Shown piece by piece: positions 14,314 through 26,012 of a DNA stretch of 64,000 bases; the first letter of the stretch is position 1, and each line of letters opens with the position of its first letter. Both the position numbers and the translations under genes were made by a program. The DNA lies in NCBI RefSeq assembly GCF_016433145.1, contig NC_058131.1, positions 447,009,416 to 447,073,415 on the forward strand, read 5' to 3'. Under the pieces are notes generated by a model. The model was not told where the DNA came from, did not search any database, and saw nothing but the letters and a program-made list of their open reading frames with translations. The stretch comes from Gracilinanus agilis (taxonomy: Eukaryota).

Positions 14314-14491
14314 TTTCTTGTAGATTAAGTGGAGGATTAATAAGATTATCTAAAGTCCGAGGTCCATATTCAGACAGTGGTGAGGCAAATCCAGGAATTA
14401 AGCAAGAAAATATCCAGAGCTGTTCTTTACTACAGTTATTCTGAAGAGCTTGTAACCATAGCAAGAAGAGACGTACTCCTTCACGCCTGAT
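14314..14491 (-). CDS. RALGAPA1: RALGAPA1 exon 6 (178 nt): [59 protein letters not shown]+A
   Basis: Acceptor tattttcag, donor GTAAGA; frame continuous. Confidence 0.97.
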
Positions 14492-15893
14492 CTGAAAATA
14501 TAAAACAGATGCATAGAATTTTTACCCAAACAGAAATAGATATCTTTTTAAAATTTTGAGACCAAAGTTCTCAAAGAAAAACTTATTTGATGAATTTTTG
14601 CCAAAAAATTATAATTGTCATCACACAAGATCTAGAAGGATACTTTGTTATGCCAAAATCTAAGTTTATAGAACTGTTAAAATAAGGGGTTTGTTTAATT
14701 AGTCTCTATTGTCCTAAGATGAAAACACAGTAATCCTTTCAAGTAAATGAGTTGGCAACTACAATCAGAGCAGATCTTCCTCCCCTCCCCCTTCTCATCA
14801 TGACTGAGCCAGGAAAAAACAAGGTCAAGGAAAGAACAACAACAACAAACTAGTTCCTAGACAAAGATAGGACAGACAAAATCAGATGAAGAGGAATTTT
14901 TCTCTAGTAACCATAAATTTTCTTCGGTGTTTTTTGCACATAGCAGATATTTAATATATGTTTAACTCAATTAGGTTCTCTTCTTCCTAGGCACAGCAGC
15001 TCAAATATTATCACACCTTCATTTGCTAAAAAAAGAAATAGCATGATATAGTAAAAAGTGTGCCGAAATTAGAGTAGGGAAATCTTGCCTCGGATATTTA
15101 CTAAGTGAAGTTACCTCATTTTTCTAAATTTCAATGTATTTATTCAACTATAACATATACAGTATCTCTTTCAGTTGTTTTTAATCAAATGAAAGTATGT
15201 TTAGTAACTTCTACAAGCTTTAAAGAGCTATCTAAATGTCAGTCACGATTTTTTATTATTATTAACCACTATCATGGCTTAGCTGACAACAGAAAAGTGA
15301 TAAAAGGAGATTGTATCTTTCTATTGCAGTTAATTATAGGTCAATGCAAACGGAAGTATTAGATATCAAATGAAATTACCATCCCTACAGCAGCACAAAA
15401 TGAAGTGGCCTATCAGAAAAGTGAAAACTATTATTCTGTTTGTTAACTAGTACAATTTCTGCCATCTATATTTCAAAGTGGCTAAAAATGAGAAGAGAAA
15501 AGCAACAATTTTGTTGCATATGTTGATGCTAGAAAATATTTTTACTTTAGATAGGGTCTAGAATGGAGACTTGTATCTTTAATAGGAGAGTGAAGTTCCA
15601 AGTTATAAATGTATTTAAGGAACTCTGGCATCTTAGAAATAAAACTTTTTTTAAAAAATGCTACATTTTTTAATATAATCATAACAAAAAAGACAATTCA
15701 GCACCCTTTAGAAAAGAGAAGAAAAATGGAAGGAAAAGGAAGTAGGAGTAAAGTAGGAGACACATACTTGTGCTTTACATTATTTTTTCACACACCAGTA
15801 TTAAAATATAGTATTTTGTATAGAAAAATACAAGTGCACATCTCTTCTGCCACAAAATAAATTTGAAAAGGTTTTTAAAAATCATTCTACTAA

Positions 15894-16075
15894 GGGAGCA
15901 GCTGGGTAGCTCAGTGGAGTGAGAGTCAGGCCTAGAGACAGGAGGTCCTAGGTTCAAACCCGGCCTCAGCCACTTCCCAGCTGTGTGACCCTGGGCAAGT
16001 CACTTGACCCCCATTGCCCACCCTTACCAATCTTCCACCTTTGAGACAATACACCGAAGTACAAGGGTTTAAAAA
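15894..16075 (+). mobile_element. Young SINE in intron 5, right beside the exon 5 donor
   Basis: Full head and tail; 17-bp TSD aaaaatcattctactaa (15877-15893 and 16076-16092). Confidence 0.93.
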
Positions 16076-16110
16076 AAAAATCATTCTACTAAAAGAAAGG
16101 TTTTATATAC

Positions 16111-16154
16111 CTTTAAGGAGTTTCCTGTGTGAAGGAGTTTCTTTAAAATCAATC
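16111..16154 (-). CDS. RALGAPA1: RALGAPA1 exon 5 (44 nt): (G)LILKKLLHTGNSLK
   Basis: Acceptor ctctttgcag, donor AAG|GTATAT; frame continuous. Confidence 0.96.
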
Positions 16155-16469
16155 CTGCAAAGAGAACATTCATTTAAATACTTATCTTTTTCACATAATT
16201 TGATAGCCATGCTAAAATTTCTTATTCACTTGCCCTACTACTTTTCTTATTGCAATTCCTGTTCTACTAAACTTCAACTTAAGGTAACTCCCATCCAATA
16301 TTTCCACTATTACTCATATAACTTCAACCACAATAAAATTATGCTAGGAAAGACATGATATAGTAAATTGCTGGCCTCAAAGCCAGAAAAATTACTCAAC
16401 CCTCCCCTCTGACTCATACTGGCTATGTGACACTGGGTAAGTCACTTAACCTCCCAATGCTGAAGACCA

Positions 16470-16665
16470 GCAGTTCTCAAACTTTCAGATATCAGGACTA
16501 CTTTTATACTCTCAGAAATGATTTTGAGGACACCACAAAGAGCTTTTGTTTATATGGGTAATATATCTATAGCTTTTTACCATATAAGAAATCAAAATGT
16601 CTTAGTGTTATGAAAATAGTTTATCTCGAAGATCCCCCAAGGTCCCAGGTTGAGAACTACTGCTC
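16470..16665. mobile_element. hAT MITE (Charlie4-like) inserted into a MIR-like SINE
   Basis: Inverted ends cagcagttctcaa ... ttgagaactactg; MIR-like sequence continues on both sides (16340-16468 and 16670-16760). Confidence 0.7.
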
Positions 16666-16934
16666 TAGGCAACTCCTTAAGACTGTAAGTTACAGAGAAG
16701 ATTCTGAACTGATAGAAGGAATTTCTTTTCACCAAGAAGAGGTTCCTAAAGCTATGAAAAAACAGATCTGGCCCCCATCTCCATACTTGTGCTGGATTCT
16801 CACTCTACTTTTTCTCCTCCCTCTCTTTAAATCTTCAACCACTTCTTCCCCCATTAAACTTTTATTTGAGTTCAAGACCATCCTATAGTAATTCCCTATT
16901 AATATTCTCTTCTGTGACCTAACACTGCAGTGAT

Positions 16935-17140
16935 GTCTGAATCCATAATTAGTATGGAAAAGTGATGGACTTAGAATTCAAAATCCTGGGCTTAAATCTT
17001 GTCTCTAATGCTTACTAGCTGTGTGACTCTAGACAAATCAATTCACTTCTCTGAATCTTAATTTGCTCATCTATAAAAGTGACAAGAATTTTAGAACATG
17101 GTTCACAGGGCTGTCATGAAGCTTAAATAAGAAAATATTA
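16935..17140 (+). mobile_element. MIR-like SINE
   Basis: CORE-like gctgtgtgactctagacaaatcaattcacttctctgaatct...ctataaaa. Confidence 0.6.
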
Positions 17141-17744
17141 TAGTGCTTTGGAGTTTTCTCCTTAAGAGTTTTCTCTTAAGTTTTTTTCCTAGTTTTTTAG
17201 TTTTCTTTACTTTTTCTTTGAAGTTTTCTCTTAAGAGAAAAAATGCTTGCCAAGAGAAAACCCCTCTACTTATTTCTCCTCTAAGACAGCATTATTTCTA
17301 TCTCCTCCTCTCATGTATCTTCAAGAAGTCTAAAACAGAACTCATATTTCATTGCAAATCCATTTATCCTGCAAAGTTCTTGATTTCTTTTAAGAATATT
17401 AAGGACTATCATTCTAGGAACCCACATTTGACTCATCCCTGATTCTTTCTTCCTTTTTCCTTGTCTCAAGTCTTGCTGATGCTATTTTACAACATCTCTT
17501 GTGTCCATCCTTTTCTTTTCACTCACAAAGTTTCTACTTCTTATCTAGATTATTGCAATACCTTTCAATTTGGTCTTTACAATCAGTTTCTCTCCTTCCC
17601 ATCCATTTCCCAAACAGTTGCTAAGTGGGTATTCCTAAAACACTAATCTGAGCATGTCACTCTACTACATAAATATCTTTGATGGTTCCCTATTGCCTCA
17701 AGCATATAATACAAACTACTCAGACTAAAATTTAAAGTACTCTA

Positions 17745-18325
17745 CAAAAAAATTGGAAAATGAGGGAGGCGTCCTTTGATTGGTGAATGGCTGATCAAAT
17801 TGTGGTATATGATGGTGATGGAATACTATTGTGCAATAAGTAACAATAAATTGCTTGATTTCCATACAAACTGAAAGATCTCCACAAATTGATGCAGAGC
17901 AAAATGAGAACCAAAAGAACATTGTACAAAGAAATTAAAACATTATGGGATGATCATATGTAATCAACTTTGCTATTAATAGCAATGCAAATGAATGATA
18001 CAGGGCAATCCTGAGGAACTTATGAGAAAGGACACTATCCACATCAAGATAAAGAACTGTAGACACAGAAACGCAGAAAGAAAACTTTTGATTTATCACT
18101 TTGTTTATGTGAACATAGGATGTGGGGTTTTGGTTTTTTAAAGTTTACTTTATTACAAAAATGAACAATGTGGAAATAGACATTGAATGATAAAACATGC
18201 ATAACCCAGTGGAATTGCTTGCCAGCTCTGGGAGGGGGGAGAGAAAAGGAGAGGAAAAGAACATGAATCATGTAACCATGGAAAAATACTTAAATAAAAA
18301 AATAAAAAAAATTAAATTAAAAAAT
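17745..18325 (+). mobile_element. Older L1 3' end
   Basis: Homologous to the other L1 3' ends (gaatggctgatcaaattgtggtatatgatggtgatggaatactattgtgc); ends in an A-rich tail. Confidence 0.85.
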
Positions 18326-19764
18326 ATAAAATGGTTCTATAGCTTCACTTTCCCACTCACTTGTTAACCACTCACATCATCTGGCTTCTCTTCTCATGAC
18401 TCTATTCACTTAATGTTCTTTTCTCAAATCACATTTTCCTTAACTTATCTGCAAGATAATCCTTCATTCCTGATACTCTCTCTTCCTTGACACCAAATTT
18501 TCCTGGTTCTTCTTTCTGTCTCATTTATTAGTCCTTTTCCTTAATGATAATGTTTCCCAAAGCAATGCCCGATTCTAGTTTTCAGCTTTGAAAATCTAAC
18601 TGAATCCAAAAGAGCATGAGTTTGTTACATGATCTCAATTACCACCTCTAGAAAAAGCACCAAATTGCCATTTATTCATCTTTCTCATGGGTTCTAAATC
18701 AACTGATCAACAAACATGTATGAAAAACTTACTTCAAGGGGCATCCAAGTTGAAGAAGGATTCTTAGTATATGGTGAGGTCATATCTTGAGGCCAGCAGC
18801 CTGACATAGAGCAAGCCCATCATCCATCTTTCCCCTAAACTGGACAAGTCAATACTGATGCTGCCTGTGAGCCCTCCCCTGGGAAACACAGCTCCGGGGC
18901 AATGCTCATCTGTCTTTTGTTGGAAACCAGAACAGGATGTTTTTGCCAGGCTCCACCATCAGTGTTCTCAGTGTTCTGCTCTTGCAAGATACCCCCTTCT
19001 CTGATGTTTGTGCCTCTGGGTGAGTGAGCCCAGATTACAGCAATGCTTCTGAGGACCACTCACTTCCTTGAGGATTCTCACCTTTAAGGGTGAGCCTAAA
19101 AATGGGAGAAGGGAGACCGGAGTTGCACCTTGCACTTTTTGGTACATGGAAATTCTTGCTGTTGTTTTGTATAATTCTGTTATAATATTGCCAGTGTTAC
19201 CCTTTAATGGGTAGCCCTCCAAGAAATTGAAGGGTGCTGAGCAGCAGGGGACTATGTGTGTATCTGTCCAGTATGTTCCTCATGCGTGGTACCACTGACT
19301 TTGGTCTTGTTCTGATAACTAACAAACTGTTGGTATTCCTTTCAAAACCTCCTAGAACACAAGGAAAGAAGGCTTGGAGGATGGGAAAGAGTGGGAGACA
19401 GTAGAGCAGAAACAAAGACAAGCTTCCTCTGCAGTTTTTTGGTAAATCTCAACAGTGGATCTCCCCTTAAGATGACCGCTCCCACAAGTAATGTTTCTAA
19501 TAAATTAGTAAATATAAAAATATTTACCCCCATTACTGTTGTCTACCTTCCCCCTAAAAAAATTACCTTACTTTGTATATTTTTATATAGTTACATGTTA
19601 TTTTCCCCAATTGAATACAAACTCTTTGAGGGCAGGAACTGCTTTTTTGGGTAAATATCTATAAATCTAGAGGGTAGTATAGTATGTCTCACATAATAGA
19701 TGTTTAATGCCTACTGCCTGAATGGGTTTGTGAAACTACAGATCTAAAATATATTCCTCTAAAA

Positions 19765-19931
19765 CAGGGGTCGGCAATGTATGGCTCTTTCTGCAGGAGC
19801 CATAAATTCAATTTTTTTTCAGGCGCTGTTACAGGAGTGCGCACTGTGAGCACTGTACGGCTCTCACAAAATCACATTTTAAAAAATGTGGCATTTATGG
19901 CTCTCATGGCCAAAAAGGTTGCTGACCCCTG
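19765..19931. mobile_element. hAT (Charlie-type) MITE, 167 bp
   Basis: TIRs caggggtcggcaa / ttgctgacccctg; perfect 8-bp TSD ctctaaaa (19757-19764 and 19932-19939). Confidence 0.92.
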
Positions 19932-20644
19932 CTCTAAAAGGTTCAAATTGCCATCTAGTTACACTTCATTCTATGCAACACTTGCTCCAATATATCTTTC
20001 ATGGGGAAGTCCATCCCTCAGAATAAAGGCGTTCTTCTAGGCTTTTTACAATTATCTAGCACTTGATTTGTCTGTTTTTCTGTCTCCCCAACATAAATGA
20101 TATACCTTCACTTACAAGCATACTTCTGTATTTTGTGTGTACTCCTTACATGCATCATCTGGGTAATATGCAGTAGCTTATGTCGAACCATTGCTCTTTG
20201 GGTCCCTTCAAATTTTGATTCTTTGATGAATGCAGGATAGTAGTATAGCATTATTATCAAATTATCATATAACTTAAAATAATGACATTATTTTTTTAAA
20301 TATGAGTTTTTGCTTTAGAAAGCTTAGAATCAGAGTGCTATACAATTTCCCATATGCAATCCAGTCTACTCTCTACTATTTCAATTTTGGACCCAACTGA
20401 TTGTTCTTGTAGCACCTGAGATTTATATAATTATCATCATCACCATCATTTTAGAAGATTTAAGGTTATCCACTCAACCACACAGAACAATCTGGACAAT
20501 AAAAACTCTTCATTACTTGGTTTTTCCCATGTAGATTCTTAAGCCAATTTTTGCACGTGTGTGACAATTCAGAGATCTGGTTTGGGAGGCTTTGTAGTAT
20601 TCCAGGGCTTGATGCACAGTGTCACCTATAAATAAGAGCAACTA

Positions 20645-20843
20645 GAAGGCACAGCTAGGTGTCTCAGGTCTAGAGATGGGAGATCCTAGTTTCAAATCTG
20701 GCCTCAGATACTTCCTAGCTGTGTGATCCTGGACAAGTCACTTAATTCCCCCATTGCCTAGCCCTTACCGCTCTTCTGCCTTGGAACTAATAAACAGTCC
20801 TGATTCTAAGAGAGAGGGTAAAAGTTTAAAAAAAAAAAAAAAA
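20645..20843 (+). mobile_element. SINE1_Mdo-like SINE
   Basis: SINE body and A tail; TSD aagagcaact. Confidence 0.88.
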
Positions 20844-22526
20844 AAGAGCAACTGGAGGCCCTTACCATAAACTAAGAATTCTTCTTCAACTTGGGATTCA
20901 GTACTGGACCTCTTCTTCATAACATGTCAGACAATTTTAATAAGTATATACCTTACCAGCTCAATACCTCACTTGATAATCATTATCAGAAAGTGAACAA
21001 ACTTATCTATTGAAATCCCTACAAAACCTACTGTTTACTGAATAAAATATCATTTTAATAGGTATTAAAATACTGACACAATATGATTCTATCCTAAGTT
21101 TCTAGCTCTATCTCTTACTACCTTGCAACCATAAATCCAGGCAAACTATATTACACACATTTCATTCATGTGCTGAGTTTTCCTGTCTTTACTTACATGT
21201 TTCTCTATGTCTGGAATATTCTCTTTACTTTCCTGTATCTGATGAAAAACTTCCCAATCTTCAGGGTCCAGTTCAAATGCAATTTTCTTTAAGAAGCATA
21301 ACACAGTGCAGTAAAATAAGCACTAGATTTTGTGGGAGGCAAGGATTTGTAAACTTTAGGTGAAAAGGGAGGAAATACAAAGGGTCTCTCTTAGTTTTAG
21401 TTATTCATCTGCAGGTAAAGGTGGCCATCAGAACTCCTTCACCTATAACAAATGCCAAGGAATCTATATACCCAAAGGCAGCCTGACTAAATGGGCTAAT
21501 CTAATTTACTCATTGAAGCTTCTATCCAGATTGAGTCAATAATACTGGAAGTATAGTATAAAAGCAGCCATTTTTCAGGTTTTGGGGGGAGTTTACTTTT
21601 GTTCTTGGAAAAAGGGGCTCCCATAATTAATCTTTAATACTTTTAATAAAAGCTATTTTTATTAAATCTCATCCTGGTTTTGCCACAATTAAAATCCAGG
21701 TCCTTTGTAGGCAAAAGACAAAGGCAAAAATTTAAATTCAAATTCTGGCACTGATACTATATAATCTTAGTTATTCACTTCACCTTTGTGAGTTTCATTT
21801 TCCTGACCTGTAAATTTGGAATAATACCTGAATAATAGGTCAAGTGAAGAAAGCACTTAATAAAACTTAAAAGTATGTGAGTTACTATTATTCGCTAATA
21901 GGAAGTGAATGATCTTTCTCTCCCTGAATCTCACAATTCACTTCATTTGTACCTTAATTTTGCTCTTATAATCTATCTTGTGATAGAAAGCATTGCATTG
22001 GAAGAACCTCTGAGTACTCACCCCACCTAAGACTTGCAAAACAGGTGCTGATCTACTTTGTCTAAAGGATTTCCTTACTAGGAAGTCCCTACAACAATTC
22101 AGTTGCAGGGTCTGAAGAAAAAAAAATTTTAAGTATATATGTATCTGTACATATATAAAACTATTGCTACTTAATTTTTATCTTTCCCACTAAACTATCA
22201 GCTCTAGAAGGGCAGGGATCTCCTTTTTACATTTGCTGTACCTGCAACTGTGATCTGCAAATAGTAAATATTTCGATGAATTGAATTATTTAATTTCAAA
22301 TGTCAGAGTTCTCGGTCAGACTTGATAAAAACCTTTTTAACAAGTCCTTGGCAATATCCAACTTAATTTTGGTGACCCTTATATCCTTTTGGCAATAATC
22401 TCAGTGCCAGTAGGAAGCGAGAGAGATCACCTATAAAATGATTTGCTAAATTAGAAAACAATATAAACATACATATCAGAATTGTAAACAGAATATTACA
22501 TAAATTCTGCTATTTTCCTTTGTTTT

Positions 22527-22712
22527 GTTTTTTTTTTAAACCCTTAACTTCTGTGTATTGGCTCCTAGGTGGAAGAGTGGTAAGGGTGGGCAATGGGGGT
22601 CAAGTGACTTGCCCAGGGTCACACAGCTGGGAAGTGTCTGAGGCCAGATTTGAACCTAGGACCTCCCATCTCTAGGCCTGACTCTCAATCCACGAGCTAC
22701 CCAGCTGCCCCC
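22527..22712 (-). mobile_element. Young SINE
   Basis: Reverse-complement body; TSD tcctttgtttt. Confidence 0.93.
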
Positions 22713-22863
22713 TCCTTTGTTTTATAATTTCAAATGTAATGAATGAAAACCTTCCCAGTGCACTGAAAAAATTCAGTAAAGAAATTTTTTACCTTTCCCA
22801 GTGTAAAATTAGTTTTTCCTACTTCGTTACAAAAATTACCACTGCGTTAAGTTAAAATATCTG

Positions 22864-23075
22864 GAGAAGCAGCTGGGTAGCTCAGTGTATTGAGAGACAA
22901 ACGTAGGAGGGAGGTCCTATCCTAGGTTCAAATCAGACCTCAGACACTTTCTAGCTTTTTGACCTTACCAAGTCACTTACCCCCAACCCTCCCCACCTTG
23001 GCCTAGCCCTTACCACTCCTCGGCCTTGGAACCAATACAAAATACTGATTCCAGAAACAAGGGTTATAAAAAAAT
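22864..23075 (+). mobile_element. SINE, more diverged
   Basis: gcagctgggtagctcagtg head; ends gggttataaaaaaa. Confidence 0.85.
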
Positions 23076-23321
23076 AATTAAAATATATGCTTTCAACTTA
23101 TTCATTTTGAAAATCTCCAAACTTTTCCTTCACGCCTTCATATTTAACCTTTTTTTTTCTGCACCAGGTAAAATATCATTCCTATTATTTTGTAGCTTTC
23201 CAAGCAAAACTTGCAAATAAGTTTTAAACAAATTACTAAGAAACAGAATGTATTAATGACATTTAATTATTTATTTAAATGAGCTATTTGAAGTCTAAGA
23301 GTGACAATTTAAGTAACCTAC

Positions 23322-23379
23322 CAATACTGTGAAACTGCCACCTCTGATGAATCCTTTCTGGAAGAAGCTGTAAAATTTT
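23322..23379 (-). CDS. RALGAPA1: RALGAPA1 exon 4 (58 nt): [19 protein letters not shown]+G
   Basis: Acceptor gatttttag, donor GTAGGT; frame continuous. Confidence 0.96.
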
Positions 23380-24174
23380 CTAAAAATCAATAAAGAGAAA
23401 GCAAAGTAATAAATGATATGAAAGATATATACTTGAAATCTTATTAAATGAAAGCAAACTACAAATATTAAGCCCTTAGAGCTTTTTGTGTGAAAAATAA
23501 ACACAAATAAAAAGATAAAATTAGCATTCAAGTTACTTTGTTAGAACTTTTTTAGCCATGGTACTTATATACTACTAGAAAGGTTCCCTAACATAGCAAG
23601 CAGTCTAGGAAAGATCTGAATCAAGAAAATATAATTTAAAAAAATTATAACTATTTCTGTCAACTTTAAAAGGGTAAGTCATATCTTTTTTAAATTGGCA
23701 AAAATTTTCCTCCTTACTCCACCATCCCAATGCACTCAACATATTACAAACATGTCAATCAAATGTCCACATTGGGCATGTCCAAAAAACCCCTGTATTA
23801 TTCTGCATGCTAAGTACTTCATCTCTCTATCAGGATGTGATTACATTGCTATTCCTCTTCAGTTTTGCTTAGTATTTAGGGTGATAAAGAGTTCTAAAGT
23901 CTTTCAAAATTGTTTGCTTTTTGCTATATTGTAATTTAAAAAACAAATTGTTTTCCTAGTTCTGTTCACTTTTTATTAGTTTGTATGTCTTCCCAGGCTT
24001 TTCTGAAATCATTCCCTTTATTTTTTAAAATTATATATTTTATTTTCTGTTCTGAATTCTCTTCCACCTCCCTCCCCCTTCTCTCACTCACTGAGAAGCC
24101 AAGAAAACCAAAATCAAATAATGTGACAAATAATGTGACAGTCATGGAAAACAAATTCCAATATTAGGCAAGGT

Positions 24175-24480
24175 AAAAGGAAGAGAAGATTGGAGAGGGG
24201 AGAAGACAAGGCTGATTACAATTTTGAGGTTATTCATCCTTAGAAGAAGGAAGATGATAACCCTAAAGATTGGCTCCATGCTAGAACTGAGATTTTACTG
24301 TGTTCCTAGCAGACCATTTCTGCTGAACTTCTCCTTTCTGCCTAAGACAAATGTTATATCTTCACTAAGTCCCTCTTTCCATGCCATGGTTAAATAAACT
24401 TTTTTGTTAACCATTTTGAGTATTTCATTTTCTTTTATTTTCAAATCTGCGCTGCTAGCCTAGCCTGAGCCAGACCTTAC
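24175..24480 (+). mobile_element. Probable LTR fragment
   Basis: LTR-like composition, aataaac signal near 24393, 3' end ...gaccttaca; 5' end and TSD not resolved. Confidence 0.45.
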
Positions 24481-25560
24481 ATTTACTGATAATAAAACAG
24501 GAATGAAATGGCACTGTCCCACATCATGGCTGAAGGAGGGGAAAGCCAATGCAAGTGCAGAGTATAGGATGATTGTATAACTGGAAATAGCAGCATAATA
24601 CTATGGGTAGGTTAGTATCCTCAATGGAAGAGAGAGAAGGCCCCCACTTAGACTGGAAAAATATACATTAGTGAGTTCAAAAGGAGTCTGACAAGAACAA
24701 TAAAGTTCCAGTTTGAACATCCACTGGTTATTATTAGAACCAGAGAACTTGGATTGCCAGCATAAGGAAAAGGAAAACAAAAAAGCCCAATATATTCGAT
24801 AACTAGAAACAAAAATCTTGGTTTTTAAAGACCATACAACAAAGGTAGAGGCAACTAATGGGGGGCAAAAAACCAATATCACAAGAAGGAAAAAGGGTTT
24901 CTGACCTAGAGGTCACATTTTCACTGGAAAATGTGCTGAATCCCACTTTAATCAGGGCTAAAAGTGAGATTTATTTTTAATACTGTATCATTTTGATTTC
25001 TAATACTGCTCTGTAACATTTTTCAAGCCTTTTCCTCATTCCTTTGTCCTGACAGTCCTAGAATGACCTTGTTTGCTTCCCTTAGGATGAACAATGGAAG
25101 TCAAACTTAACTACATCTACTTTGATTTCTCCATCTAGAAGCAAGGATATTGGAATACTGTGATTAGGCATGTGACTTCTGTTCATAAACAGAGGATTCA
25201 AGGGAGATTAGAAAATATATTAGCCTTCCTCCTCCTCATTAGGTTTCTACTACTCAAAGGCATTTTAGGGAAGGGCTGAATAATGAGCTTTCAGAATTGT
25301 TTTTAAATGACTCAAAAATCTGAATGGTCTTTGAACATTGAGAAAGATCATGGACCAAATAATTTGTTGGTTATTGCTAGCCTAAATCAATCAAATGATT
25401 TTTCTTACCTGGAACCCAGTTTCTCAGAATTTTTATTCATCACAAAAGGAAGAAAATGAAAATGGGTTTGAGGACAAGAGTTAAGAACTGTTGCTAGTGA
25501 TAAGAAAGCCTCAAAGTTATCCTATTACAATTTAATAGAACTTGGTTTCCTACAAAAGGG

Positions 25561-26012
25561 ATACCTACTGATGGCCTTACTGACCCAGCAACTGCCACCA
25601 CCTTTTGCCTACTTGAATACTACCATTTTCCCAGGTCATTACTGAATTGAACATACCCTGTGGGATATCCTCAGAATTCCAGCTCTCATATCATGGACCT
25701 CAACATTGCACATTATGATGCTATCCATAAGCATGTAAAAGATCCAGCAGTACTATAAGTCCTTCCAGAACATCATTGCTATCCTTGGTGTGGATTAGTT
25801 GTCTGAAGAAGACAAACTGAAAATGCCCTATGCCTGGGAAATCCAGTGTTTCTTGTCATGGCCATTTTAGTTGATGAGATACACATAGGACATATATGGA
25901 AGCTGATACTCCCAAAATAAACCATCAAGAGATTATAGCAGATCTTGCTGGGTCTGTATGCTCATGTCCCATAGCAGACTTTCTATATGTTAGAACCTAT
26001 TAAAAAAGTTGT
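25561..26012 (+). pseudogene. Decayed processed pseudogene fragment of mitochondrial ATP synthase F1 beta subunit (ATP5F1B/ATP5B), in RALGAPA1 intron 3, antisense to the host
   Basis: Broken frames give [44 protein letters not shown] and QTFYMLEPIKKV. These align in order with ATP5F1B [45 protein letters not shown] and QAFYMVGPIEEAV. Many stops and frameshifts. Confidence 0.9.

Noticed and set aside
16103-16110. GTAT-starting donor of intron 5 as a possible U12 intron
   Set aside because: It reads GTATATAA, not the U12 consensus GTATCCTT; all observed introns look like U2-type GT-AG.
23126-23137. 12-nt identity (tccttcacgcct) with exon 6 at 14477-14488
   Set aside because: A few 12-mer matches between about 1 kb of exon and 128 kb of two-strand sequence are expected by chance, and the flanks do not align.
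24760-24830. bZIP-like peptide KKAQYIR*LETKI
   Set aside because: Too short and interrupted, with no leucine-zipper continuation.
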